A DNA stretch of 64,000 bases from Eledone cirrhosa (lineage: Eukaryota). A model generated the notes under the pieces. The model saw only the letters and a list, made by a program, of their open reading frames with translations. It did not search any database and was not told where the DNA came from. Of the stretch, positions 39,666 to 52,784 are shown piece after piece. The position numbers were made by a program, and so were the translations under genes. Each line of letters opens with the position of its first letter. Position 1 is the first letter of the stretch. The stretch is from contig OZ024742.1 in the NCBI GenBank assembly GCA_964016885.1, positions 227,106,001 to 227,170,000 on the forward strand, read 5' to 3'.

Positions 39666-40585
39666 ATGGTGTTGATGGTAGAATGGTCATAGAAAACTTT
39701 CTAAACAAAAGAAAGGACTCTTCAGTTGTGTCAAAGACATGACAACCTCCCTTGTGCTGAGGACCTTCATCATACACTGAACTTTGTGCAGTGCAGGAAT
39801 GTATGTAAACAAGATGTGACCATGGCTCATCTGAGGGGTCTGTCCAACACTTGTTAGCATGGAAAACAGACATTAATTAACCCTTAAACGTTTCCATTAC
39901 TCTATATTGACTATTGTATTTTCACGATAAACACTTTATCTCACATAATATCAAATCTACAAGATTTTGATATGATTTATTTTGAGAACAATACTTTAAC
40001 ATAAGTATGAGTGGCCGGTTTGAACAGAAAGAAGTGAGAGAATTCTGGTCAGATATGGCCGGTTTAAATGCTAAAGGGTTAAATGATGATGATGATATAT
40101 ATATATATGGGGAGGGGAGAGAGAAATGTGAAGGTATTAGTACTAACTAGCTTTAAAGAGAGATTGATTGAGGACACTTCAGTTCTTAAATGATATATAG
40201 AAGTGTGATTATGTAATTAGCTAGTTGTCAGATTGTTTGAAGAATGTGTTGCCTTCTTTTGGAAATGGTATATAGATGGGTGAAAATATGATTAGCACTA
40301 GCTGTTTTTAAAGCTCGGCTTGGCTGAATGGTTAAGAAGTTCACTTCACTTTCATGTCGTCACAGTTTCAATCCCACTGTATGACATCTTGGGCAAGTGT
40401 ATTTACCATAGTCTCAGGCCAACTGATGCCTTGCGGAAGAGAAGACCATCAGATGGACTGTAACTATAATTAAAAGATCCAGTCTTGTCACATATTGTGT
40501 CACATTAATTTGGCTTGGGAATTATTTTAAGGGTAAACATGTCTATGGAATACTCAGCCACTTACACTATAACTCAAGTTGGATT

Positions 40586-40765
40586 GTACCATGTAATTCA
40601 AAAGTTCAAACTTGTCACATATTCTGTGACATTGATTCTGTCACATTGTACCATGTAATTCAAAGGTTCAAACTTGTTACATATTGTGTAACATTGATTC
40701 TGTCACATTGTACCATGTAATTCAAAGGTCCAAACTTGTCACATATTGTGTCACATTGATTCTGC
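40586..40765. repeat. 62-bp tandem repeat, ~3 copies
   Basis: gtaccatgtaattcaaa starts at 40586, 40648 and 40710. Confidence 0.9.
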
Positions 40766-41382
40766 CTGAGAATTATGTTAAGGGGACACATGACTGTGGA
40801 ATACTCAACTATTTACACATTAATTCACAAGTTGGATTTTCAGTGATTGAATAACTAACATTCATTGTGGAAACCAACAAGGGTTCCATCGTGTACACAC
40901 TCACTCAGTCTCTCTCTCTCTCTAAATTGTATACCTCAATACTATATACCATATATAACAACCTTCCATCCACCCCCATGCCCTCACACCCACCCTCTTC
41001 TGGCCACACTACTGTAAAGTTACACTGTAAAGTTATGTTGGTATCACAAAAAAAAGCATCCGGACATCACTAAGGTGGTTGTGTAGGTGTTATTACAAAA
41101 AGCACCCAGCCCACACTGTAAAGTGGTCATGTAGGAGTCACAACAAAAAGCATCCAGCACACACTGTAAATGTGGTTGGCATTAGGAAGGGCATCCAGCC
41201 GTAGAACCTAGCCAGAAACAGTTTTGTATGAGCAAGATACAGTCACATGACCCAACTTGCCTCTAATGAGACAACCTGTCTAACCCATGCTAGCATGGAA
41301 AAATGGACATTAAACAACGATGATATATATATATAAGTTAAAACAATGAAATAAAAAATCAAGTCATTAGAAATATTATCTC

Positions 41383-41425
<43 letters not shown>

Positions 41426-41453
41426 GCACACACACTTATACATGCATACATAC

Positions 41454-41519
<66 letters not shown>

Positions 41520-41523
41520 TCAT

Positions 41524-41569
<46 letters not shown>

Positions 41570-42337
41570 ATTGTTTCTACTTTAGGCACAAGGCCAGCAA
41601 TTACCCAGTGCATTACTGGTACTTTATTTTATCGACCCCGTAAGGATGAAAGGCAAAGTCAACCTCGGCGGGATTTGAACTCAGATCGTAAACGGACGTA
41701 GCTATGCTGGAAAGCATGGCGTCCGACCCTCTACAGATACTGCCAATCCACCGCCCTATATATATATATAATAATGAGTATAACCGAAGCTGCAGCTGCG
41801 AGAAGTAGATTCACATTCGATTTTCGAAGGCTGTCACAAAGCACTCAATGAAAGAGTAATCAATAAATAACTCCTCAGAGTCAACATATATATATATGTA
41901 TATACACACAATATTATACACACTCCAAACAGTTGTAGCCAAATTACCATCATCAGCACCACCCACTTATACCATACCATCACCACCTCCAATAACAGCT
42001 GCTTCTGTTCTCCAGTAGTTCTCCATATGTTTACTTAATATTTACAACACTGCTGCAAGTCCATCCAACATATGACACTAAAATTAAACAGATCTAAACT
42101 GTTATATGTTTACTTATTTCACTACCTTATTCCATAAGTAATCTATAATATAACATATATCTGGTCTCACTAAGTAGAGAGGTAAGCAAATAGTCTAAAC
42201 CTATTTATTCAATGATATATAATTACTTTAGTGTCAACACACAAGTTCAGATCAATCCACTTGCTAGACATGTATAACTCCAATATATATGAGTAGGTGT
42301 GTGTGTCTGTGTGTGTGTGTGTGTGTATTCGTATAAC

Positions 42338-43797
42338 ATCATCATCATCATCATCATCATTTTACGTCCACTTTTCCCTGCTTGCAAGGGTGGGACGGGT
42401 CTTATTCAGCACAGCATCTCTCCACTCGTCACGGTCCCTCGTCATCTCCACCGTGAGCTTCAATGATCTGAGGTCTGTTCTCACCACCTCCGCCCATGTT
42501 TTTCGTGGTCTACCTCTACCACGTCTTCCTTCAACTGGCATTTCCTGGCACTTCTTCACCCATCGGTCATCCTCCATGCGCATCACATGTCCATACCACC
42601 TCAGTCTCCTCTCCCGTACACTACATTCTATCCCTCTCAGACACAGTTTCTCTCTCAACACATTTATGCTGGGTCGTTCACGCACATTTACACTGCACAT
42701 CCAACGGAGCATGCTTGCCTCATTTCTCTCCAGCCGTCGCATATCTTCTGCGGTAGCTGCCCATGTCTCACTACCATGCAGCATCGCGCTCCTCACACAG
42801 GCATCATACAACCGGCCTTTCGTACGCAGGGAGAAACCCTTCTTCGTCAACAGAGGAAGCAGCTCCCTAAACTTCTTCCAACCCGTCCTTATTCTAGATA
42901 CTATGGCCTCGGAACACCCTCCTCCCATGCTAATCTGATCTCCTAGGTACCGGAAGCTATCCACCACTTCTATAACGCCCTCTCGCATTTGAAAAATGTG
43001 TCTATCAGTGCGACTTCTACTGTCTAATTTCCCTGTACATCTACTGCATACATATTTCTCCCTACCTGTTAGTTTGCCTGCTATCCCGCTACATCTCTTG
43101 TGTACCCAGGACCTACATTGTGTGCATTTTATAGAATTTATGCCAGTTCCTTTTCTGCATATCGAACATGGCCATTTCCCTGACGGAATCAGGGTTTTGT
43201 CCTCTTTTCTACTCATCAACACTTTTGTCTTAGCTAAATTTACTCTCAGTCCTCTTGCTTCCAACTGCTGTTTCCATAGCCGGAATTTATTCTCTAGCTC
43301 CTCTACTGATTCTGCCATAAGAGCCAGATCGTCAGCATAGAGAAGTTCCCATGGACAGCCAGTCTTAAACTCCTCTGTTATGGCTTGGAGGACTATAATG
43401 AACAAGAGCGGGCTGAGGACCGAACCCTGATGTACTCCTACTTGTATCTGGAATTCCTCACTAAACTCCATTCCTACCCTGACTTTACTGAGAGTACCTC
43501 TGTACAAAGTTTGCACTGTCCTTACAAGCCATTCCTCAACACCCAACTTCCTTATGGACCACCAGATGACAGATCGGGGTACCCTATCAAAGGCCTTCTC
43601 TAGGTCAACAAAGGCCAAGTATAGTGGCTTATTCTTCTCTAAGAACCTCTCTTGCATTTGTCTCACCAAGAAGAGGGCATCTGTTGTACTCTTCCCAGGC
43701 ACAAAACCAAACTGCATCTCATCTAGTTTGACCCTTTCTCTAATTAGTTGTGCTAAAATCCTTTCTGCCACTTTCATAACCTGATCTATCAGTTTTA
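42338..43797 (-). mobile_element. Young 5'-truncated RTE LINE with open ORF (RT, PHD-type finger, C-terminus)
   Basis: 479 uninterrupted codons with FVDLEKAFDRVP, GVHQGSVLSP, LLYADD; stop directly before the (ATG)n tail; possible TAACA TSD. Confidence 0.96.
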
Positions 43798-44328
43798 ACA
43801 ATGGTTAAAATTTTCTCTCTCTATGTCCAGTTATTTGCTTTGGTTTCAACAAAGTCTCAGATCATGTCACTTGCCAACCATATACAAATCCTTAATAATG
43901 GTTTCTGATTTAGGCACAAGGCCAGCAATTTGGGGGAGAGGGGAAAGTTGATTAAATCGACTCCAGTGCATGACTGGTATTTTATTTTATCGACCCTGTA
44001 AGGATGAAAGGCGGGATTTGAACTCAGAATGTAAAGGTACATAACTCTATGCAAAGCATAGTGTCCAACACTCTACTGATATTGTCAATCCACCGCCTTT
44101 GCCAATACACCACCCTCAATAATATATCTTCAGTAATTTATGCTGAGTGGTTGAGCAGTTGGTTGATCAGCTGGTTGGCTGGCTTGGTGGTTGGTTAGAT
44201 AGCATGTTGGTTGGAGTGGATGTTTGGTGGAGTGTATGGCAGGTTGGCTATATATGTGGGTGGGTAGGTGGTTGGATAGCTGGGTGGGTAGTTGGTTGGT
44301 TGGCTGGCTGACTGGTCGGTTGGATTGT

Positions 44329-44535
44329 TGGCTGGTTGGTTGGCTGGTCAGTCAGTTGTTTGGTCGATTGGATGGCTGGTCAGTCGGTTGTTTGGTCGAT
44401 TGGATGGCTGGCCAGTCGGTTGTTTGGTCGATTGGATGGCTGGTCAGTCGGTTGTTTGGTCGATTGGATGGCTGGCCAGTCGGTTGTTTGGTCGATTGGA
44501 TGGCTGGTCAGTCGGTTGTTTGGTCGATTGGATGG
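44329..44535. repeat. 32-bp minisatellite, ~6 copies, within a degenerate (TGGY)n tract
   Basis: tggtcgattg recurs at 44361, 44393, 44425, 44457, 44489 and 44521. Confidence 0.92.
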
Positions 44536-45608
44536 CAAGTTGGTCGGTTGGCTGATTGGTTGACTAGGTGGCTGGGTAGCTGGTCAGTTGGTCAGTTAGA
44601 TTGTAGGTTGGCAGTAATTCAACTAGCTGTCCATTAAGCCATAACATATTACAGTCAGCTCATCATGTCCTCTTTATTAACTGTGCAGTATTTCTGTTTT
44701 TTATGTAAACCATGATAAGATACAATGATTCATTCAGTGATAGCAGTGAAATTTGAACCCTTTTACTCTCAAATAATACAAAGGTTTAAAACTGCTAATG
44801 ACATGCTTCATTGGCAACAGTTTTGTCAGTAAGGCTTTAGTGAAGTTTCCATGTTAAATTTCTCAAACATGATTGGAAAAGATCAATTGCTATATTTGAT
44901 TACATGATAGATATCATCATCATCTACATCATCATTTTATGTTTATTTTCCATGGCTTGGATGTATTGTTACAATATGGGACTAAATGGGTTGGGGGATC
45001 ACATCTTGCTCCTATGTTCCAAATTTGGTATGGTTTCTACAGCTGGATGACCTTCCTAACACCAAGCACTTTAACCCTTTAGCATTTAAACCAGCTGTAT
45101 CCGGCCAGAATTCTCTCACCTCACTCTGTTGAAACTGGCTGTAACTGGCCACTTATACTGATGTTAAGGTATTGTTCTTCAAAATAAATATAAAAATCTC
45201 ATAGATTCGATATTATGTGCAATAATTTATAATAGTAAATATAGAGTAATATAAATGCTAAAGGATTAAAGGGTATACTGAGTACATTTTATGATGGCAC
45301 CAGCAGTGCCACTTTACAGCATGTACTGGGAGTATTTTATTATTGCAGCAGCACTACAGAAGATTATCATGAATTCTGCCAGACTAAAGAGTCCTGTCTA
45401 TCCTATATTGTTTCTGTTTGATCACCAATCACTTTACAGACTGCAGTGGGTGCACTTTAGCATGGCACCAACACTAGTGAAGGTTTTCAGGTATTTGACA
45501 GATTCAGAGGGTCCTCTCTATATTGTCTCAGTCATTGTTGGTGGGATATTAATAATTCCCCTCTAAATGAAAATATTCTAATCCACTTGATTTTAAATTT
45601 ATTTTTAG

Positions 45609-45735
45609 ATAACAACTTTGAAACTGACCAAACTTCTAAAACTTTCGAAAGATGGGTGTGATGAGAATTTCAGGAGTTCCCAAGCACAACGTAACCTCTG
45701 TATAATATTAGGCTGTTTGGCAGAGAAAATGGCTG
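45609..45735 (+). CDS. RSPRY1: RSPRY1 internal exon (phase 0 to 1)
   Basis: tttttag acceptor, gtaagt donor; ITTLKLTKLLKLSKDGCDENFRSSQAQRNLCIILGCLAEKMA vs human HRNTSAVLGCLAEKLA. Confidence 0.92.
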
Positions 45736-45814
45736 GTAAGTTGCTTTTACAGTATTGTGAGAGATATATAGGCAGAGGAAATGTTTGGTTATCATTGCAT
45801 TTTCTTAAAGACGT

Positions 45815-46020
45815 GGGTGTCCTGTTAGAAGCAGCATGGATATGGTTGGACAAATGAGGGTATCTTGTTAGAAGTAACAAGGATATGATTGGACAAAGGA
45901 CAGTGTCTTATAAGAAATAACAGGAGTATTGTTGGACAGGGTGTTAGAAACAATAGGGGTACTGTTGGACAGAGGGTGTCTTGTTAGAAGTAATAGGGGT
46001 ATTGTTGGACAGAGGGTGTC
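45815..46020. repeat. Degenerate ~40-bp tandem repeat
   Basis: ttggaca.agggtgtcttgttagaagtaa..ggggtatt recurs about 5 times. Confidence 0.75.
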
Positions 46021-46144
46021 TACAATCAATGCTCCAGAAATGAATGTGTAAGTGGCTGAGCATTCCACAGACGAGTGTGCCCTTAATATAATCCTCAACC
46101 CTGTCGAAAACTATGGAAAGCACAACATTCAGCATGACTTAGAA

Positions 46145-46424
46145 CAGAGGTTTTCAAACTTTTGAGGCCACTGTCCCCCTCGCGGCCACATAATACCCTC
46201 AGCCCCCCCCCCCCCCTCTATTTCCAGACAGACCTGTCTACATGCAAATTGTAAATAATATATAATAAATAAAATCGTTAATTTATATATAATAAACAAT
46301 ATAATATATACTTTCATTTGATATTTAATATACTATTATATCATTTCTACTGCCCCCTGGACCTTCTCAATGACACCCCCCCCCCCCATCCCGGGAGCAG
46401 TAGCACCCACTTTGAGAGCCTCTG
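46145..46424. mobile_element. hAT MITE
   Basis: TIRs CAGAGGTTTTCAAA / TTTGAGAGCCTCTG; 8-bp TSD acttagaa/acctagaa. Confidence 0.85.
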
Positions 46425-46669
46425 ACCTAGAATGTGACTAGGCTGGCTCTTGAATTATTGGTAAAGTCCATGTTATATTATAGTGAAAGTGGTAGTCTCT
46501 TTCTTTCTCTGCTAATCTCTTTCTCTTAACATTACTCCTTTTTGATGAAGGACTAACATCCAATATGGTGAGACATATTTTTCTTTTTTTCCTATAAGCC
46601 TAAAACTAATTTTAAAAAAACTTGTGTAATTGTTCTCTGTATTTGTGTCTTCTTATTTAACCTTGACTA

Positions 46670-47517
46670 CAGGGTGTGGACGATATTTGTTCGCAAGATT
46701 ACTGTCTAGGAAAAAATAACACAGTAGTTTTATTTTTTAAGATATATTTATCAAACTTGGGTCAGTTTGTCTTCATGACTTGTTCTTTCGATCTCACTCG
46801 ATAAACCCGCCATTGGCTTTGATGACAACCTCAAGGCGGCCTTGGAACCGGCTACAAGCCTTCGTCACTGTCCCCCGACTTAGGCCCCTAAAGGCACTTA
46901 TGATCCTGGCCTTGAGATCGTTTTTCGAATTGCAGCTAGATCTGTTGGTGTCTTGTTCCACTGCGAGCTGGGAGGCCAGATGTCAGGTGAAGTGTGGTCG
47001 ACGAAGTTCTCTGACAGCCAGGCTTGGGTCTTTCGGCTGGTATGGCAGGGCGCTGAGTCTTGCTGCCACACGTACGGCCTACCTGCAGCTACCTAGTCGA
47101 TCCAGGGCTTTACTACCTCGCTCAGAACGTGGATGTAGCCATCGGTGTTCAGCTTGAGGCTCTTCAGTGAGGTGGCATGACGTTACCTTGACTGCTGACG
47201 ACACCTAAGACCAATGTTGTTGCTGGAAACTTTGTCTGCATGACTCTGGGCACGTCTTTGGATGAGACACCATTCTCCTGCTGATGCTGAGAAAGTCTGA
47301 AGTTTCCTTATTTGTCCTCCCGGCACGGATTCCAAGAAGAACTCTGTGTCTCTTCCACAAATTTGGAGGTTCAAAATTATTCATAATCAATTATTCTGAA
47401 AATAAATAATGGAAATATAGTCACTGTTTTTATGAAGACAAGAGTGACAATGGAAGTAAAAATAATTTGCATAAAATTAGCAGTTGAAAATTACGAACAA
47501 ATATCGTCCTCACCCTG
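46670..47517 (-). mobile_element. Internally deleted Tc1/mariner-superfamily transposon
   Basis: TA-flanked TIRs CAGGGTGTGGACGATATTTGTTCG / CGAACAAATATCGTCCTCACCCTG; N-terminal remnant KRHRVLLGIRAGRTNKETSDFLSISRRMV and C-terminal KACSRFQGRLEVVIKANGGFIE. Confidence 0.88.
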
Positions 47518-47548
47518 TATATATAAATTTTTGTTCTCATTCATCTAG

Positions 47549-47610
47549 GACCAAGTAGTATTTCATTATTGACCCGAGACGTTTTAGATTATTTAATTTC
47601 AAATATGAGG
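47549..47610 (+). CDS. RSPRY1: RSPRY1 internal exon (phase 1 to 0); not in the ORF track
   Basis: tcatctag acceptor, gtaagt donor; (G)PSSISLLTRDVLDYLISNMR vs human [21 protein letters not shown]. Confidence 0.9.
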
Positions 47611-48879
47611 GTAAGTAACTGTTTTTTTATTTAACAGAAACTCTGTCAAAAATTCCTTTAATCCTTTAGCATTTATACCGGCCATATCCGGTCAGAATTC
47701 TCTCATCTCTTTCTATTCAAACCGGCTGTAACCAGCCACTCGTACTGATGTTAAGGTATTGTTCTCAAAATAAATAATATCAAAATCTCATAGATTCAAT
47801 ACTATGTGAGGTAAAGCCTTTACTGCAAAAATATAATACTAAATATAGAATAATGTAAATGCTAAAGGGTTAAATGTCCAGAACTTTGATAGGCAGAAGT
47901 GTTTTTTTATTTAACAGAAACTCTGTCAAAAGTTCCTTTAAATGTTCAGAATTTGGATAGTCAGATCTGCTGTACTAATCCTTTACTTTTTTACTGATTC
48001 CAGTCTATGGCTCTGTTGGAGCACTGCCTTGGTCATATCAATCCTAGTACTTGTTTTTTCAAGTATATTTATTTCATCAATGTCTGTTTTGTCAAACTGG
48101 GTAGATGCTTGACTTCTTTAATTAAACCAGTGGTTCCCAAATTTATTTTACTCATGGAACACTTATTGGTCATGTCTCAGAATATGACAACTTGTTGATC
48201 TCTTTTTATTGAACCCCAAAGTTACAGGGTTCAAACAAACACTAAACCTAAATGCATACACATGTGCACATATATGCATGTGTGTACGTGTGTCTGGTTT
48301 AAAATAGTTACACTGTATATCTGCATGTTGTAAGAAGCAACTAAGAGGGTTGGTGTCAAGAAGGGCATCAAGCTGTGAAACATTGCCTCAAAAAGTCCTG
48401 TCCAACTTATGCCAGCATAGAAAAACCAACGTAAAAATGATATCATCGTCATCATTTAACATCCATTTTTCCATGCATGGGTCAGATAGGTTGTCTTTGT
48501 GAGAGACAAGTTTGGTCACACTGTACCTTGCTCTGACGGGACTGTAAATTTGGCCTGTGTTTTTATAGCTGGATGCCCTTCCTAACACCAACCACATTTA
48601 CAATATTGAAAAAGATAAGGTCTTTTTTACCTTTCTTCTCTCAGACCATGACAACCTGTCCAACCCATGCCAACATGAAAAGCAAGAGTAAAATGATGAT
48701 AATGATGATGGCAATACAACAGCCATCCACACTGTTTCTATCTATCAAATTCCACTTATAAGATATTGGTCAACCTGAGACTATAGTAAAAGATACTCAA
48801 TATGCTATGCAGTGTGACTGAACCCAAAACCACGTGGTTGTAAAGCAAACTTCTTAACCACACAGCCATGTCTGCACCA

Positions 48880-49392
48880 ATCAGAAAAGCCTTAACATGG
48901 TCAGCCATAAACAAATCTAACAAAACATGGCAATCATCTCCCCTTGAAGAGACTAAAGCGTATGTTCTTCAAAGCCACAGTAGAAAGTGTGTTACTCTAC
49001 AAGTTGGAAGCATGGACACTTAATAAAACCCTCAAAACAAGACTAAATGGATGTTACACGAGACTCCTGAAACACGCTTTCAACATATCTTGGCGACAGA
49101 GAGACACAAATGGAGAACTCTATCTGGATAGTCCTCCCATGTCAGATATTGTTTGTCTAAGAAGGATGTGTTTTGCAGGACATTGTTACAGGGCAAAAAA
49201 CGAGTGTGTCAGCCATGTTCTTTTATGGAAGCCTGCAGAGAGTCATAGAAGTAGAGGTCGTTCTTCAACAACGTATCTGGATATGCTATATGATGACACC
49301 GGATGGAATTTAATAGAAATTAGAGTGATGATACTAGATTGAGACAAATGGGTCGAGGAAACTTGACTCGTTAATGAGTGAATGAGTGAGTT
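48880..49392 (+). mobile_element. RTE-like LINE 3' fragment
   Basis: VESVLLYKLEAWTL...RLNGCYTRLL...ISW...RRMCFAGHCYR; (TGAG)n-like tail. Confidence 0.8.
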
Positions 49393-49478
49393 CAAAGATA
49401 AATTAGTTCAAAATTCAACTTTTCATTAAATATTACTCCTGTGTTCTAATGAAATCAATATTCTTTGTATATTTTCAG

Positions 49479-49542
49479 CACTCTGATTCTCCAGTTGTCA
49501 TACTTCATTCCATTATAGCCATGGAGAAATTTGCAGAAACTA
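49479..49542 (+). CDS. RSPRY1: RSPRY1 internal exon (phase 0 to 1); not in the ORF track
   Basis: attttcag acceptor, gtatgt donor; HSDSPVVILHSIIAMEKFAET(S) vs human [20 protein letters not shown]. Confidence 0.9.
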
Positions 49543-50119
49543 GTATGTCATAACATTTTTTTACTTTTTATTTCTGTTTAGTCAGAAAAGGAAGGGCAGT
49601 GCCCAGCCAACCACCCTTTTCAGGACCTTCTCTTCTTTTTCTTTGCCGACTTATTCCAGGGAGGGTTGTGGTGGCAGAGTCCTCAAGAACACCTTCCAGA
49701 GGGTTCAGTCGGAATCAACCATCTCCAATTGATCCGACTGGATCCCTAAGTGAGAACATCTGAGCTCATGCACAGTGTCTGCCCCTAGGTCTCCTACCAG
49801 TTGGTTTTTCCCCATAAAATCTGTCCAGTGATTCTTTCTTTAGATCCCCTAATCCTAACCACATGTCTGTACTATTGGAGCTGTGATCTCTTAATTTGCA
49901 GAAGTAGTGGTTCTACCTGGAATGACTCTCTGATCTCTGAGCTATGTACTTAATCGAGTAATGTTACTCCAAAGGCTCTTCAGTGGAACCCCATTTCAGC
50001 TGCTTGCATTCGCAATCATATTCTTTCAGTCATTACTCAAGACTTATTCAACTATTTCATAGTTAGCTTTGCAAAAAGGCAAATGTACTTTCAAATTTTA
50101 AACAGTGATAAAAAGTAAT

Positions 50120-50390
50120 ATTATATGGGTTGAATTGGATCTTTTCCAGCACTGCTTTCCTCCACCTACTGCATTCCTTCATCATCTCTTCTGACAGGTT
50201 CATCACTTCTATCCAGATCTTCCTTAGCCATCTACTGCTGCTTCCTTCCACTGGAAATTCTTGGTACTTCTTCACCCAACAATCATCATTCATACACATC
50301 ACATATCCATACCAGTGCAGTCATCTTTTCTGCACACTATATTTGAGTCCTCATAAACCCAGTTTTTCTCTCAGCCTTTCATTCAGTAAA
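50120..50390 (-). mobile_element. Old RTE LINE 3' fragment
   Basis: DDCWVKKYQEFPVEG...WRKAVLEK resembles the C-terminus of the 42362-43801 ORF. Confidence 0.75.
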
Positions 50391-50483
50391 ATATAATTTT
50401 TGAACAATTAAATACCATATTAACAACTTTTACCTTTTTTTAAAATTTATTTAAATTAATAATTTATTTATTCATTTTTACAG

Positions 50484-50624
50484 GTGAAAATAAAATCACA
50501 ATCAACAAAGTGCTCCAGTCAGACCCCAAGAACTTATTAATTTCTCTAGAAAAATGGTACCGCTCTCCTCAGGCGGAGAAACGAGAAGTTGGCTTCTGTG
50601 CACAATGGTTATTAGATAATCTTT
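50484..50624 (+). CDS. RSPRY1: RSPRY1 internal exon (phase 1 to 1)
   Basis: tttttacag acceptor, gtaggt donor; (S)ENKITINKVLQSDPKNLLISLEKWYRSPQAEKREVGFCAQWLLDNL vs human ENKLTI...KRQVGFCAQWSLDNL. Confidence 0.93.
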
Positions 50625-52773
50625 GTAGGTATTTCTTTACCAGAATATATTATTTTATTCTACTTTTTCTGTTAAGTATAGACATAGCTGTACCATGGTT
50701 AAGGAGTTTGTTTTGCAACCACATAACATTGGATTCATTTCCACTCTGTACTTCTGTGCCACCTTGATCAAGTGTCATTTACTAAAGCCAAGGCTTGACC
50801 AATTCCTTGTGAGTGAATTTCGGTAGACAGAAACTGTGTAGAAGCTTGTATGTGTGTGTTTGTGTGTATATATATATACTCAGCCCACACTGTAAGGTGG
50901 TCGTGTAGGTGTTACGACAAAAAGCACCCAGCCCGCACTGTAAGGTAGTCATGTAGGAGTTATGACAAAAAGCACCCTGCACACTCTGTAAATGTGGTTG
51001 ATATTATGAAGGGCATCAAGTCGTAGAAACCTTGCCAGAAACAGTTCTATATGAGTGAGACACGGTCATTTGACCCAACTTGCCTCTAATGGGACAACCT
51101 ATTTAACCCATGATAGTGTGGAAAATGGACGTTAATTGATGATAATGATGATATATATATATCAATACATATACACACACATTGATGTGGTTAAGTAGTT
51201 TGTTTCACATTTACATGTTTTGGGGTTCACTCCCATTTCATGGCACTTTGACCTTGTCTTGTATTATAACTTCAAGTTGACCAATTCCTTGTGAGTGAAA
51301 TTTGGCAGACAGAAACTGTAGATACCTGTGTGTGTGTGTGTGTGTGTGTGTGTTTACATCTAATTCTCATTAATGTCCTGTGACTTAGTAATTCAACATA
51401 AGCTACAGACTTGAAATAATAAGTACTGGGGTCAACATGATCAACTAAATCTCTTCAAGACTGTGCTACAGCATGGCCGCAGTCTAATGAGTGAAACTAA
51501 TAAAAGAATAAAAGAAAAATAACTCTACATTAAGGAATAGTAGAGTCTGTGAATTACCAATGTTCTGGAATAATTCCAGGCTAATAAAGCAGTCTTAAAA
51601 TTAGGCAAGAAGAAGAGCAATGTGAAATTGTCAGAATTAATTTCTATAAAATTACACTTATTTTTATATTGTTGGGAAGCTTCTATATTATCACACAGAC
51701 TCACACTCACTCACTCACACTCACTCACTCACACACACACAAGAAGTACTGCTGTTATGGTAAAATGCATCCAGTACATTCTGTAAAGTATTAGTGCTGG
51801 TGCCATGATAAATTGCACCTGGTACACTCTCTAAAAGAATTGATGTTAGGTAAGTCATAAAGTCATAGAAAACATACCAAAAATTGGAATGTATAAATGA
51901 GACGTAATTCTCCTCTTCCTTCGCCAAGGGCAGCAACTCTGTATAATTGCTAACTCTGACCATAATCTGCCAGCATGGAAAGTAGATAAAATAAGGCATC
52001 TCTCTCTCTATATATATACACACACAGTAAATGTGGTCGGTGTTCTGAAGGGCATCCAGCTGTAAAATTTCCAGTCCCGTCGGAGCAGGGTACGGCGTGG
52101 CAAATTCTGGGCAGACTTGTCTCCTGGTGTGGTCAACCTGTCTAACCCATGGAAAAATGGATGCTAAATGGGGATGATGATGATGTTATATAGATAAAGA
52201 GAAAGCCAACAAGAAAATACAATAATGGTGTAGTAGTTTAATGCTTAATAGAGTTGGGTAAAGAGTCTTAACATTTTGGATGCTAGACCTTCATCAGAAG
52301 GTAGATTATAATAATAATAATAATAATAATAATGAAATTATTGTGTACAGTGCTCAGGTGCACTACAACTCATCAAAGGTGCATGTATAGTACATAGAAT
52401 AATTATATATATCTTTACTCTACAAAGATGATTTAGTTGAATTAATGTTAATTTAAATGACATTATTAAATATTTTTGAAATGTATGTTATTCGTATTTT
52501 CGCATGTAATTAAATTTTCTCTACAAACTGAAATATTGTTTTCTGATATTTGATATATATTTCTATATGAGTTTTTTTTTATTAAAATTGAATATATGTT
52601 TCTTTTTCCCAACACCCTACAAACCTTACAATAACTTAATGCCTTATAAATCGGACATCAACTGGACTTCCTAAAAATCAACCATGCCAATTGGATACCC
52701 TACAAACCTGACATTAAATTAACCTCCTATAAATCTACCACATCAACTGGACATTCAACAAAATGGAATCTAG

Positions 52774-52784
52774 TCATTGTAGAG
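52774..52784 (+). CDS. RSPRY1: RSPRY1 11-nt microexon (phase 1 to 0), encodes (F)IVE
   Basis: ctag|TCATTGTAGAG|gtaaat. Bridges the phase mismatch between flanking exons and restores DNL-FIVE-GRKFTYE, collinear with human DNL-FLKE-GRQLTYE. Confidence 0.8.

Noticed and set aside
41243-41701. YI-repeat and similar ORFs (also 10008-10217, 11777-12067, 38788-39873)
   Set aside because: Translations of dinucleotide microsatellites.
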